Positions 9,932-18,265 of a stretch of 64,000 nt of DNA are shown in pieces. A program made the translations under genes and the position numbers. Source of the stretch: a virus; the IMG/VR virus record IMGVR_UViG_3300037264_005839, one strand, 5' to 3'. How positions within the stretch are numbered: position 1 is the stretch's first letter; each line of letters starts with the position of its first letter. The notes below the pieces were generated by a model. The model saw only the letters and a program-made list of their open reading frames with translations, made no database searches and was not told the DNA's origin.

Positions 9932-10639
9932 ATGAGCCGCGTCGAAGAAGACGGGTCGCAGTACCCAGAGGGACCCGTGGATTTGGTGCACGTGGGGCCC
10001 CCAGGAGAGCCTCTCTCCTCGTTCCTGATGCTCTATCACTACGCGGGGGGCATCTTCCCTCTGGGGATGCAACACGAGCGGCATCTGTGGTGGTCCCTTG
10101 AGCCGCGGGCCGTTCTCCAGACGAACCAAGTCAAGGTGAACCGGACACTCCGCAAGGTGATCCGTCGAGGCGACTATGTGGTCCGGGCCGACACGGCCTT
10201 CGATGCCGTCGTGGAACTGTGCCGTCTCACCCGTCAGACGGATGATGGGCCGGGATCGTGGATCACCGACGAGTATGTGCGCGTCTTCAGGACGCTGCAC
10301 AGGCTCGGACACGCCCACAGCATTGAGACTTGGCGGGGGGATCAACTGGCCGGTGGCCTTTTCGGGGTTGCCATGGGCCAAATGTTCTATGGCTGCTCGA
10401 TGTTCCGGCTCCAGCCGAACGCCTCCAAAGTGGCCTTGGTGGCGCTTGCACGGCAGTTGGATGCTTGGGGGTTCCCCCTCGTCGATTGCCAGATCCACAA
10501 TCCTCACTTGGGCCGCATGGGCGCACGCCTCATCCCTCGCATGCGCTTCCACGAGGTCGTGCGGAGCCTTGTACGTGGAAAACGCAGGGTTGGCTCTTGG
10601 GCCGATCAATTCCAAGCGCCGGGCGCCGCATCGTTTTGA
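9932..10639 (+). CDS. aat: leucyl/phenylalanyl-tRNA--protein transferase
   Basis: 235 aa; conserved L/F-transferase blocks WWSLEPRAVL, DTAFDAVVELC, GSWITDEYVRVFRTLHRLGHAHSIETWRGDQLAGGLFGVAMGQMFYGCSMF, DCQIHNPHLGRMGARLIPR. Confidence 0.8.
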   Translation: MSRVEEDGSQYPEGPVDLVHVGPPGEPLSSFLMLYHYAGGIFPLGMQHERHLWWSLEPRAVLQTNQVKVNRTLRKVIRRGDYVVRADTAFDAVVELCRLTRQTDDGPGSWITDEYVRVFRTLHRLGHAHSIETWRGDQLAGGLFGVAMGQMFYGCSMFRLQPNASKVALVALARQLDAWGFPLVDCQIHNPHLGRMGARLIPRMRFHEVVRSLVRGKRRVGSWADQFQAPGAASF

Positions 10640-10871
10640 GTATAAGGGGGGATGCCGGTCGAAAGGACCACCATCCTCCTCACAGGAGAAGAGGCACGTC
10701 GTCCGACACGGCGTGCCTCTCGAGATCGGCCGGAGGGGAAGGAGCTCGACTTGTGGTTCTCGTCGAGAGTTCCTTCCACCTTTGCGCTGTAGGGTTGGGG
10801 CGGGGGGTCGCGAGGCCCTCCGTCCCTGACCCTCTTTTCACGAACACTCTACCCCCACGACGAACAAGACA

Positions 10872-11159
10872 ATGGCCCAACCACAGACCGAAACAGAACG
10901 GAAAGCCAAGCTCGACGACACGATGCGCCGATTCGAGGAGCGCATGGCCGCAAACGAGGAGAAGTCCCGGCCGAAGCGTAGCCGCCAAGAGGTGCTCAAT
11001 GCGGCGATCGACGCCGTGCAGGAGCAGCTCGTCAAGGAACGCGAAGCCCTCCAGAAGAGGTTCCACATGGCCGCGCAGGAACATGCCCAACGCGAGACGG
11101 TCGAGAGTCTCGAGTGGCTCGTCGTCGATCTCAAGCGCATCCGCGACGAAGAGGTATGA
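10872..11159 (+). CDS. hypothetical coiled-coil protein
   Basis: 95-aa ORF downstream of the TTTTCACGAACACTCTACCCCC element. Confidence 0.5.
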   Translation: MAQPQTETERKAKLDDTMRRFEERMAANEEKSRPKRSRQEVLNAAIDAVQEQLVKEREALQKRFHMAAQEHAQRETVESLEWLVVDLKRIRDEEV

Positions 11160-11284
11160 GTCACTGGCACGAGGCACCGGATGTCCAGGGCTTCCGGGGC
11201 ATCTCCGTAATCGGTGCAGAGGCAACCACCAAGAAGTTCGCCGCCGAGGCGATGATTTTGAAGATCAGGGAGAACGGCACATGA
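11156..11284 (+). CDS. hypothetical small protein
   Basis: 42 codons; ATGA overlaps at both ends. Confidence 0.35.
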   Translation: MSHWHEAPDVQGFRGISVIGAEATTKKFAAEAMILKIRENGT

Positions 11285-11745
11285 TGGAACCACTCATCGA
11301 ACACAAAAACCCACACACCCAGATGCAGAGGATGGAGTCGGCGATCACGACGAATACGCAGAAGGCCAGAGAGCTGCTGCACGCCTTGGAACGGGCTCTG
11401 GTCCGATGCGGCCACGTCCGAGACACGATCTACAACAGCCACGTCGCTAATTTCACGTCCAGGCGCGAACGTGGTGTGGTTCTCTACTGGACGAAAGGCT
11501 GTATCTTGTGGGGCAGCGGACTCCTTCCGAAAGAGAGGGGAGAACCGCCAAGGGAACGCCCCCGGATCAGCGTGGACGACATGGATGCGGGGCAGATCCT
11601 CCGGGTCGCGCAGCACCTGAGTCCGTTCGTGGACCATCTTGAGGGCCACACACGCCACCTGTGCGCAAGGTTGATGGAGGCAGTCAACATCTTGGAGGCC
11701 ATGGTCGAAAAGATCCAAGACGACCCTCATCCTCCCGCTTCGTGA
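11281..11745 (+). CDS. hypothetical protein
   Basis: 154 aa; ATG overlaps upstream stop; this is the real part of the long composite ORF 10330..11745. Confidence 0.5.
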   Translation: MMEPLIEHKNPHTQMQRMESAITTNTQKARELLHALERALVRCGHVRDTIYNSHVANFTSRRERGVVLYWTKGCILWGSGLLPKERGEPPRERPRISVDDMDAGQILRVAQHLSPFVDHLEGHTRHLCARLMEAVNILEAMVEKIQDDPHPPAS

Positions 11746-11783
11746 ATCTCACCGTGAACGCTGCCCGGTAGAGTCGGACACAC

Positions 11784-12170
11784 ATGGCAAACGTCGAGTT
11801 CTACCAAGACGAGAGCGAGAAAGCCGAGTGGCGCTGGCGCGTCACGGCGTCCGACGGGACCCTCATCGGAAAGAGCACCGAGGGCTACTCGCGCAAACAC
11901 AACGCCGAGAACAACCTACGTTCCCTTCCAAACTACACGCGGTCCGTGGACATCAAGACCGCAGCAGCCGTGGGCACCACTCGGCCTCCTGGCGCTCGGC
12001 TCCCCCTTGAGTTCTACACGGACGATGGGGGCAAGTGGCGTTGGCGCGTCACGGCTGGCAACGGCAACATCGTGTACGCGTCGCCTGCAGGCTTCGACAC
12101 GAAGGAAACCGCTGTCCTGAATCTTGAAGGACTACTCTACGCCACCGCTGCTTGGAACAAGAAATCATGA
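11784..12170 (+). CDS. tandem YegP/DUF1508-domain protein
   Basis: two repeats (EFYQDESEKAEWRWRVTASDG.. / EFYTDDGGKWRWRVTAGNG..) with the AEN/ETA signature of DUF1508. Confidence 0.65.
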   Translation: MANVEFYQDESEKAEWRWRVTASDGTLIGKSTEGYSRKHNAENNLRSLPNYTRSVDIKTAAAVGTTRPPGARLPLEFYTDDGGKWRWRVTAGNGNIVYASPAGFDTKETAVLNLEGLLYATAAWNKKS

Positions 12171-13099
12171 AGCTGCACTGCCGAATCTTCCGAGACGACG
12201 TTCTCGCCGAAGAACGCCTGTTCGATCAGGACATCATCAAGATCGGGCGTCTCGAGAGTTCACACATCTCCCTCAAAGACATCGCAAGGATGCACGCGGT
12301 GCTCGAGCGAGATCACCACGGTGTTTGGCGGCTCCTCGATCTCGGCAGTTCGATGGGATCGAAACTCAATGGCGTCTTCGTGGACAAGAATGCCGAGATC
12401 GGCTCGTCGGGGGAACTTCAATTCGGATCTTGGCGCATCCTATTCCTTGCGACAGAGGGGACCGACGTGTTGCCGAGTAATGGGCCGGCCCCTGACCCGC
12501 GGGAGCACCACCGAACGCTGCTGGAGGCGTTGATCAAAGAGATGCACAAGCACAGCAGTCAGACTGCGCGCTCCGCCGAGAAACTGCTTGCCACATGGTC
12601 TCTGTTGGACGAGGAACGGAAGCGAAAGATGCTCCGCACGCTCATTGTCGCCATCAGGAGCGCACGCGTCGACTCTGTACGCGTCGGCCGCCAGATGGTG
12701 GCGAGCATGCTCAAGCTGGGGTCCGAGGGCATCGCCGAGATCTACGAACTCGAGCCGGCACAGGCGCTTGTGCAAGCTCGAGCCGCGTTGATCACAGTGG
12801 CGCAGGCGAAGGCGGCCTTGGCAGCTCTTGAGTCGCTCAAGTTGCGCGAGGTCGTGGACAACGCCCCAACCGAAGAGGACGAGGAGAGGAAGGAGAGCAT
12901 CTCCCATTTCGTCAAGGGCCACGAAGATCTTGAGGAGCTGCTACAGCAGGAGATGGTGATGGGGGTCTCGATTCTCAGCGCATGCCTCAGCAGGGCTGGG
13001 GGTCATGTGCTCACGCATCGAGAGCGTGTCGAACTCCGACACGCCTACGAGAAACTCGAGAAGGCGGCGAACGAAGCTAGCGCTTCCACGTCAGCGTGA
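12167..13099 (+). CDS. FHA-domain protein with helical C-terminal region
   Basis: ATGA overlap; KIGRLESSHISLKD...HAVLERD..WRLLDLGSSMGSKLNG fits the FHA fold signature. Confidence 0.6.
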   Translation: MKLHCRIFRDDVLAEERLFDQDIIKIGRLESSHISLKDIARMHAVLERDHHGVWRLLDLGSSMGSKLNGVFVDKNAEIGSSGELQFGSWRILFLATEGTDVLPSNGPAPDPREHHRTLLEALIKEMHKHSSQTARSAEKLLATWSLLDEERKRKMLRTLIVAIRSARVDSVRVGRQMVASMLKLGSEGIAEIYELEPAQALVQARAALITVAQAKAALAALESLKLREVVDNAPTEEDEERKESISHFVKGHEDLEELLQQEMVMGVSILSACLSRAGGHVLTHRERVELRHAYEKLEKAANEASASTSA

Positions 13100-13736
13100 T
13101 CTGCTTCGACTCAAGTCGAAGACGGATGGTCATGCTGTCGTCGTTGATGTGCACCACGTCGCCCTCCATTTCTCGGTAGAGACCGTCGACGACGAGGACT
13201 CTCTCACCCTCAAGGAAGCGCCCTTGGATCTTCGGGGCCTGCGCGAGCAGGTGCTCGGAAGACCAAATTGCAGGCCCGTTGCCCCGGATGGGTTCGTTGA
13301 GAATGCCAGGTTTGCCTACGAGCATCTGGCACGCCGTCCTGACACGCCGGTGCGTGTCGTCGTTACGCATGTCTGTTTGGAGGTGGTTCACCAAGGCACG
13401 GAGGACCCAGTGCCGAACAGCACCCTGACTCGCGTTCATCCTACGTGCCACCTCGGACTGGCTACTCGTTTCCGCGTAGAGAGCCATCGCCTCCACATCA
13501 CTGTCCCTCGCCCCCAACTCTCGGAGAACTCCTCGAATTTCATCTGGCGAAACTCGAGGGATCTTTTCCATGAACTCAAGCCGCTCGCGGGCGCGGGCGT
13601 ACCGGTAGTTCACCGTTGGTTGCGAGACCCCCAAGATTTTCGCAACCTCGGTCTGGGACTTTCTCAACGATAAATGCAGGCGCAGGATGTCGCGCTCCAT
13701 GGGAGGGAGACGCGCGATGTCTTCGCTGTTCAGCAT
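13077..13736 (-). CDS. transcription regulator: two sigma-70 region-4-like HTH plus C-terminal KOW-like domain
   Basis: ERDILRLHLSLRKSQTEVAKILGVSQPTVNYRYARARERL and a second HTH; C-term GERVLVVDGLYREMEGDVVHINDDSMTIRLRL resembles the NusG KOW; start ATG 13736 lies 11 nt after CGGTAGAGTG. Confidence 0.6.
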   Translation of the reverse strand: MLNSEDIARLPPMERDILRLHLSLRKSQTEVAKILGVSQPTVNYRYARARERLEFMEKIPRVSPDEIRGVLRELGARDSDVEAMALYAETSSQSEVARRMNASQGAVRHWVLRALVNHLQTDMRNDDTHRRVRTACQMLVGKPGILNEPIRGNGPAIWSSEHLLAQAPKIQGRFLEGERVLVVDGLYREMEGDVVHINDDSMTIRLRLESKQITLTWKR

Positions 13737-13797
13737 CGGCCATAGACACTCTACCGAGCGATTTCTTCGTCGAAAATGACGGGGTAGAAGGGGGACC
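13737..13797. promoter_or_regulatory. divergent control region between HTH-KOW regulator and RecA-like ATPase genes
   Basis: contains CGGTAGAGTG (minus orientation), palindrome TTCGTCGAA, and GGGGTAGAAGGGGG (plus orientation). Confidence 0.45.
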
Positions 13798-14469
13798 ATG
13801 CAGATCGGGATCGAGTTTTTCGACAAGCAAGAACCCAAACCAGGGGACCTGTGGTTGGTGGCCAGTGGCCCTTCCATGGGCAAGTCGACCGTGCTCCGCA
13901 ACATCGCTGTAGGGATCGCAGACAACCTTGATGGTGGACGGATCACCTACTGGGATCTCGAGCAGACCTACGCAGCTTGGCGTTCGCGCATCGAGAAGAT
14001 GGGGTGCGACGTGCCGGCCACCCTCACCTACCGCAACGACAGTGCATACCTGGACGGCCACCGCAACGGTGAGATCCTTCCTGCCCTGAACCTCGGAGCG
14101 CCATCAGGTACTGCCGTCGTGGTTATCGATCATTTTGATCTGTTCACGGAGACTCACGATGCTGGACTCAAGACCCTCAAGATCTGGCTCGTGCGTACGG
14201 GAAAATTCGGGATCGTCTCGATGAGTCTTCCGCGCGAGGTGTGGGGCAATCTCAAGGCCGAGGGCGAGATCCACCCAGATTCTCTGCCCGAGCACATGCT
14301 CGACAACGCCGACGCTGTCTTTGCCTGTGGGAAGACTCCTCAGCGAGCCATCGACAACGGCGATGCGGACACGCTTCGCGTCGTTGTCTGCAAGACCCCA
14401 ACCGGACTGCGGGACCCCCACAACTATCACGCGTTCATCTGGAACCACAAGACCGGACGCATCTCGTAA
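13798..14469 (+). CDS. RecA-superfamily P-loop ATPase (DnaB C-terminal/KaiC-like)
   Basis: Walker A GPSMGKST, Walker B VVVIDHFD; preceded by GGGGTAGAAGGGGG. Confidence 0.65.
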   Translation: MQIGIEFFDKQEPKPGDLWLVASGPSMGKSTVLRNIAVGIADNLDGGRITYWDLEQTYAAWRSRIEKMGCDVPATLTYRNDSAYLDGHRNGEILPALNLGAPSGTAVVVIDHFDLFTETHDAGLKTLKIWLVRTGKFGIVSMSLPREVWGNLKAEGEIHPDSLPEHMLDNADAVFACGKTPQRAIDNGDADTLRVVVCKTPTGLRDPHNYHAFIWNHKTGRIS

Positions 14470-14481
14470 AGGAGGTTCCAC

Positions 14482-14898
14482 GTGAGGCGAACACCATGCA
14501 TCGCGTTGTCAATGCTCCTCGCGGGGTGCTTCGGCGAGTTTGATCCCGACCTGAGCGGCTTCCAGCCAGAGGAGGGGGTATTCAGCCCGTGCGAGTCGAG
14601 CCAGGATTGTTCCTCCGACGGCGCGTGCCTCGGGTCCTCGGACATGGCTGTCCAGCTCGACGACACATGGGATGGTGAGGGCGCCTGCACGCGGTGGGCG
14701 ACCGGCAGCGACCCTGACCTTGAGTGCGCGCCCTACCCGGAAGGGTACGCGACCGCCGAGATCGCGTACGGAATGGATGCCAGCGGCGATAGGTTCTGCG
14801 TCCTTGAGTGTGCCGGAGGGCTCAAGTGTCCCGTGGGCATGGACTGCATTCACGTCTATAGTCCTGCCGTCATGTACGAGGCCGAGGTGTGCTTGTGA
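14482..14898 (+). CDS. Cys-rich secreted lipoprotein
   Basis: GTG start 7 nt after AAGGAGG; signal peptide with lipobox LLAGC; 10+ Cys in the mature part. Confidence 0.6.
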   Translation: MRRTPCIALSMLLAGCFGEFDPDLSGFQPEEGVFSPCESSQDCSSDGACLGSSDMAVQLDDTWDGEGACTRWATGSDPDLECAPYPEGYATAEIAYGMDASGDRFCVLECAGGLKCPVGMDCIHVYSPAVMYEAEVCL

Positions 14899-14952
14899 AT
14901 TCCCGAATTCAGATGCCGCTGGGTCCCCTCCACTGGGCATGGAGATGGTGTC

Positions 14953-15288
14953 GTGTCCCAAAGTGATCGCCAGATCGAGATCCCCATCGAGCTTCTCGGG
15001 CACCAGCTTCGTGAGAAGATCGTCGAGATGCTCGTCCTCGTGGAGCACCTCTCGATCATGGCGACGCCACCAGGTCTCTCGATCTTCGGGAACCTCTGCA
15101 TGCTGGGAGCGCAGTGTTGTCAGCACGTGGCGCTGGGGCGGCGCGAGCAAGCTCTCTTCGCTGCAATCACCATTGGTCGTGCAGTGCCACATGCCTTCCC
15201 GGTCGGGCGTGAGCGGGAAGTTCTTGAGCAGGCTCTGGAGGAGATCATCGCGGTCCTCGAGTGCCCCACGAGCGACGACCTCCACTAG
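14953..15288 (+). CDS. hypothetical protein
   Basis: 111 aa; about 77% GC3; fits exactly between neighbours; the antisense ORF 14509..16572 is judged a shadow. Confidence 0.4.
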   Translation: MSQSDRQIEIPIELLGHQLREKIVEMLVLVEHLSIMATPPGLSIFGNLCMLGAQCCQHVALGRREQALFAAITIGRAVPHAFPVGREREVLEQALEEIIAVLECPTSDDLH

Positions 15289-15318
15289 ATTTTTCACGAT
15301 TGGCGTATAAGCCATGCG

Positions 15319-16614
15319 ATGAGTCGGCGACGCGTTGGGACCTTCCAGATGCTGTGGGACTGTTCCTGCGGCACCGGCCCCTTGCTGGGCATCGACCATC
15401 GGCACTGCCCTTCCTGTGGGCGCCCACAGGACCCCCTGCGTCGGTACTTCCCGGATCAGAGGGATGCGGTTCCGGCCCCCGAGTGGGTGGTCGGCAGCGG
15501 TGCTGACCTCTACTGCCCGTACTGCTCCACGGCCAACGTGGCCCAAGCCACCTTCTGTGTGGGTTGTGGGGGACCCATGGACGGCTCCAAGGAGGTCGAG
15601 CGTCGGGAGGCCAACCACGGGACCTCGGCCGAGACGATCCAAGACGCCCTCTCTGAGGCTCGCCAGGAGGCCCAGGAACGGCGCGAGGCCGTGGCAGAGG
15701 CCCAGGCCCCAGACGCGCAGCGGGCCCGGGAGAGGGCTCGTGCAGCCGATCAGGCAACCCCTCGTGAGAGCACGCAGGTGAGGGTGGAATCCCCGCGTAA
15801 ACCCCGCGCTCCGCATCCAAAAATGGCGGCCTTGAGGCGCCACTGGGATCACCTCCGACGACCGGCGATGGTCGGGATGGGGGTGCTCGGTTTGCTGGTG
15901 CTCCTGTGGGCCATCTTCGCGTGGGAGAAGACGATCACCGCCGAGGTTGAGCACCGCTCGTGGGAGCGCTCGCAGGAGATCGAGCGTTTCGTACAACTCT
16001 CTGACTCGTCGTGGTGCGACGACCGACCTGGAGATGCCTACGATGTTGATGAGAGTCGTCGACAACGAGGCACGAGGACAGTCATTGACTGTCGAGACTG
16101 CGACTGCCACACAGAGCAAGTCAAGGTTGGCGAGAACTGTTACGAGGCGAACTGCAGGACCGTCCGCACGGACAATGGCAACGGATCGTTCGACGTGACT
16201 GAAGTGTGCGACCGCAGGTGCGATCCCGTTCACGAAGACCGGCAGATCTGCAAGGACCGGACACACGAAGAGTCCGTCTACGACGAATGGTGCTCGTACA
16301 GGATGGACCGATGGCGACCCCACCGCACGGCCTCGGAAGAGGGCAACTTCTCGCGTGCCCCGGCGTGGCCGGAGCTCGATCTGCGGACGTGCGGCAGGAT
16401 CGAGTTCGGGTGCGAACGACCGGGAGCCAGGAAAGAGAACTACGTCGTCAGTTTCCGCGACGTGCAGGATGACGAGCACTACGAGTGCTCCTACCCGCAG
16501 TCGGCGTGGACTCGATACGAAGAAGGAAGTTTGTGGAAGGCAACGGTGAAGCGTCTCGGTGGCCGCTTCCAATGTGCCTCGCTCGTTGCCATGGCTTCGG
16601 AGACGGAGATCTGA
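15319..16614 (+). CDS. membrane protein with N-terminal zinc ribbons and Cys-rich extracytoplasmic domain
   Basis: CPSCG, CPYCS, CVGCG, then TM segment VGMGVLGLLVLLWAIFAW, then many Cys; TATAAG 7 nt upstream of ATG (leaderless-type). Confidence 0.6.
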   Translation: MSRRRVGTFQMLWDCSCGTGPLLGIDHRHCPSCGRPQDPLRRYFPDQRDAVPAPEWVVGSGADLYCPYCSTANVAQATFCVGCGGPMDGSKEVERREANHGTSAETIQDALSEARQEAQERREAVAEAQAPDAQRARERARAADQATPRESTQVRVESPRKPRAPHPKMAALRRHWDHLRRPAMVGMGVLGLLVLLWAIFAWEKTITAEVEHRSWERSQEIERFVQLSDSSWCDDRPGDAYDVDESRRQRGTRTVIDCRDCDCHTEQVKVGENCYEANCRTVRTDNGNGSFDVTEVCDRRCDPVHEDRQICKDRTHEESVYDEWCSYRMDRWRPHRTASEEGNFSRAPAWPELDLRTCGRIEFGCERPGARKENYVVSFRDVQDDEHYECSYPQSAWTRYEEGSLWKATVKRLGGRFQCASLVAMASETEI

Positions 16615-16633
16615 TCATGGGAGAGAACGGAAG

Positions 16634-17500
16634 ATGACCGACAAGACCTCACTTGGGGACAGGATGAAACACTACGAGGAGGTGTCCTGCACCATCCTCA
16701 CGCCTCGCATGCCGATGATCATCCGCATCGACGGACGTGCCTTCCACACGTACACGAAGAAACTGCATCACGGGATGCGGGAAGAGTCTCCGTGGAATCC
16801 CGTGATGCGCGATGCGATGACGGCTGCCGCCCGCGGTCTCATGCGTGAGATCAGCGGGGCCAAGATTGCATACCTCCAGTCTGACGAGATCAGCGTCCTC
16901 GTCACCGACTACGACAAACTGTCTTCGCAGGCTTGGTTCGACAAGGCCGCGCAGAAGGTGTGCTCGGTGGGGGCGTCCATCGCTACGATGGAGTTCAACA
17001 ACAACATCCGCGACTACATCGACTCCGGGCTCCCCGCCGAGATGTTCCCGACGACTGCGACGTTCGACGCGCGCGTCTTCGTGGTGCCGAGGGAGGATGT
17101 CTGCAACTATTTCATCTGGCGGCAGCGGGATGCAGAGAAGAACTCGATCTCGATGCTGGCGCAGACGCATTTCTCCCCCAAGCAGCTCCATGGCAAGGAC
17201 GGCAACGCAAAGCAGGACATGTTGATGCTCGAGAAGGGCGTCAACTGGAACGACCTGCCGACGTGGCAGAAACGCGGGTGGTGCGTGGACCGCAAGACGA
17301 TCACCATGACCGTGGCCGAACTCGAGATGGCGGGCGGCAAAGTGACACGGAATCCCGGCGTTGTGCTCGACCCGAACACCGAGGTCACACGCACCGTGGT
17401 TGAACCTGACTGGGAGATCCCGATCTTCACGAAGGACCGCGGCTACATCGATCAGTTCGTGAACGTGGACGAGGCGCCCTTGAAGGGGGAGGAGCCCTGA
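16634..17500 (+). CDS. Thg1-like protein (tRNA-His guanylyltransferase family 3'-5' polymerase)
   Basis: RMKHYE, RIDGRAFH, QSDEISV, FDARVF, NYFIWRQRDAEKNSI, WQKRGWC blocks. Confidence 0.8.
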   Translation: MTDKTSLGDRMKHYEEVSCTILTPRMPMIIRIDGRAFHTYTKKLHHGMREESPWNPVMRDAMTAAARGLMREISGAKIAYLQSDEISVLVTDYDKLSSQAWFDKAAQKVCSVGASIATMEFNNNIRDYIDSGLPAEMFPTTATFDARVFVVPREDVCNYFIWRQRDAEKNSISMLAQTHFSPKQLHGKDGNAKQDMLMLEKGVNWNDLPTWQKRGWCVDRKTITMTVAELEMAGGKVTRNPGVVLDPNTEVTRTVVEPDWEIPIFTKDRGYIDQFVNVDEAPLKGEEP

Positions 17501-18252
17501 TGCGCTTGGTCATCACCAGCGACACGCATGGTTTCCATCGCGGATGGGGCGTCTACGACAAGGCGATGCCTGAGGGGGACGTCCTCGTCCATGCGGGAGA
17601 CTTCTCTCGAGACCATGGCTCGTGGCAGGACGTGGTGCGCTTCGCCGCGTGGATGGAGAAGCAGCCACACCGGCACAAAATCCTGTGCCCCGGCAACCAC
17701 GATGTGGGGATCCACGAGAACCGGAACAAAGCGGCGCTGCTGTTCACGGCGCACGGAATTCATCTCCTCGGCATCCAGACCGACCGCGTCGAGATCGACG
17801 GGATCACCTTCGCAGGAGCTCCTTGGATGCCAATCAGTGGATGGGTTCCCCCTTGGGGGTTCGAGACGCCCGATTACGAGCGAGAGAGGCTGTGGGCTCG
17901 GGTAGAACCCTCGGATGTCCTCGTGACCCACTCGCCTCCCATGGGAATCCTCGATCAGACGGCCAAAGGCGAGCACATCGGGTGCCCACTGCTCCAGCGC
18001 CACGTCCTCGGGCGCCTCCGTCCACGTCTCCACATCTTTGGACACGTCCACGAAGCGCGAGGCATCCACGAGGAAGAGGGCATCGTCTTCATGAACGCCT
18101 GCTCTAACACACGGGGCACTTTTGTCCGCGACGACATCAAGGGGATCACGCACATGACCATGGGCATCCACGACCCGATGGTCTACAACCTTGAGCGTGA
18201 TCCTACCGGCCCTGCAGAAGTTGCCTATGGAGATCATAAGGTTGAGAGGTGA
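17500..18252 (+). CDS. calcineurin-like metallophosphoesterase
   Basis: TGATG overlap; ITSDTHG, HAGDFS, CPGNHD, THSPP, GHVHE motifs. Confidence 0.8.
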   Translation: MRLVITSDTHGFHRGWGVYDKAMPEGDVLVHAGDFSRDHGSWQDVVRFAAWMEKQPHRHKILCPGNHDVGIHENRNKAALLFTAHGIHLLGIQTDRVEIDGITFAGAPWMPISGWVPPWGFETPDYERERLWARVEPSDVLVTHSPPMGILDQTAKGEHIGCPLLQRHVLGRLRPRLHIFGHVHEARGIHEEEGIVFMNACSNTRGTFVRDDIKGITHMTMGIHDPMVYNLERDPTGPAEVAYGDHKVER

Positions 18253-18265
18253 GCGAGCAGGGGAC

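Noticed and set aside
9647-10615. 322-aa minus-strand ORF antisense to aat
   Set aside because: It overlaps the conserved Aat frame and has no motifs.
10691-10719. Hairpin GAGGCACG-N13-CGTGCCTC 52 nt after the aat stop, considered as an intrinsic terminator
   Set aside because: There is no downstream U-tract. It may still be a processing or regulatory stem, but the evidence is insufficient.
10330-11745. 471-aa plus-strand ORF
   Set aside because: It is a composite. Its 5' two-thirds are an Arg/Ser/Pro-rich off-frame read-through of the aat, 10872 and 11156 genes. Only the last 154 codons (11281-11745) look coding.
14509-16572. 687-aa minus-strand ORF spanning the lipoprotein, 14953 and 15319 genes
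   Set aside because: The plus-strand genes have an RBS plus lipobox, a TM segment, zinc ribbons and start-associated motifs. All of these cannot coexist with this ORF, and GC3 favours the plus frames.
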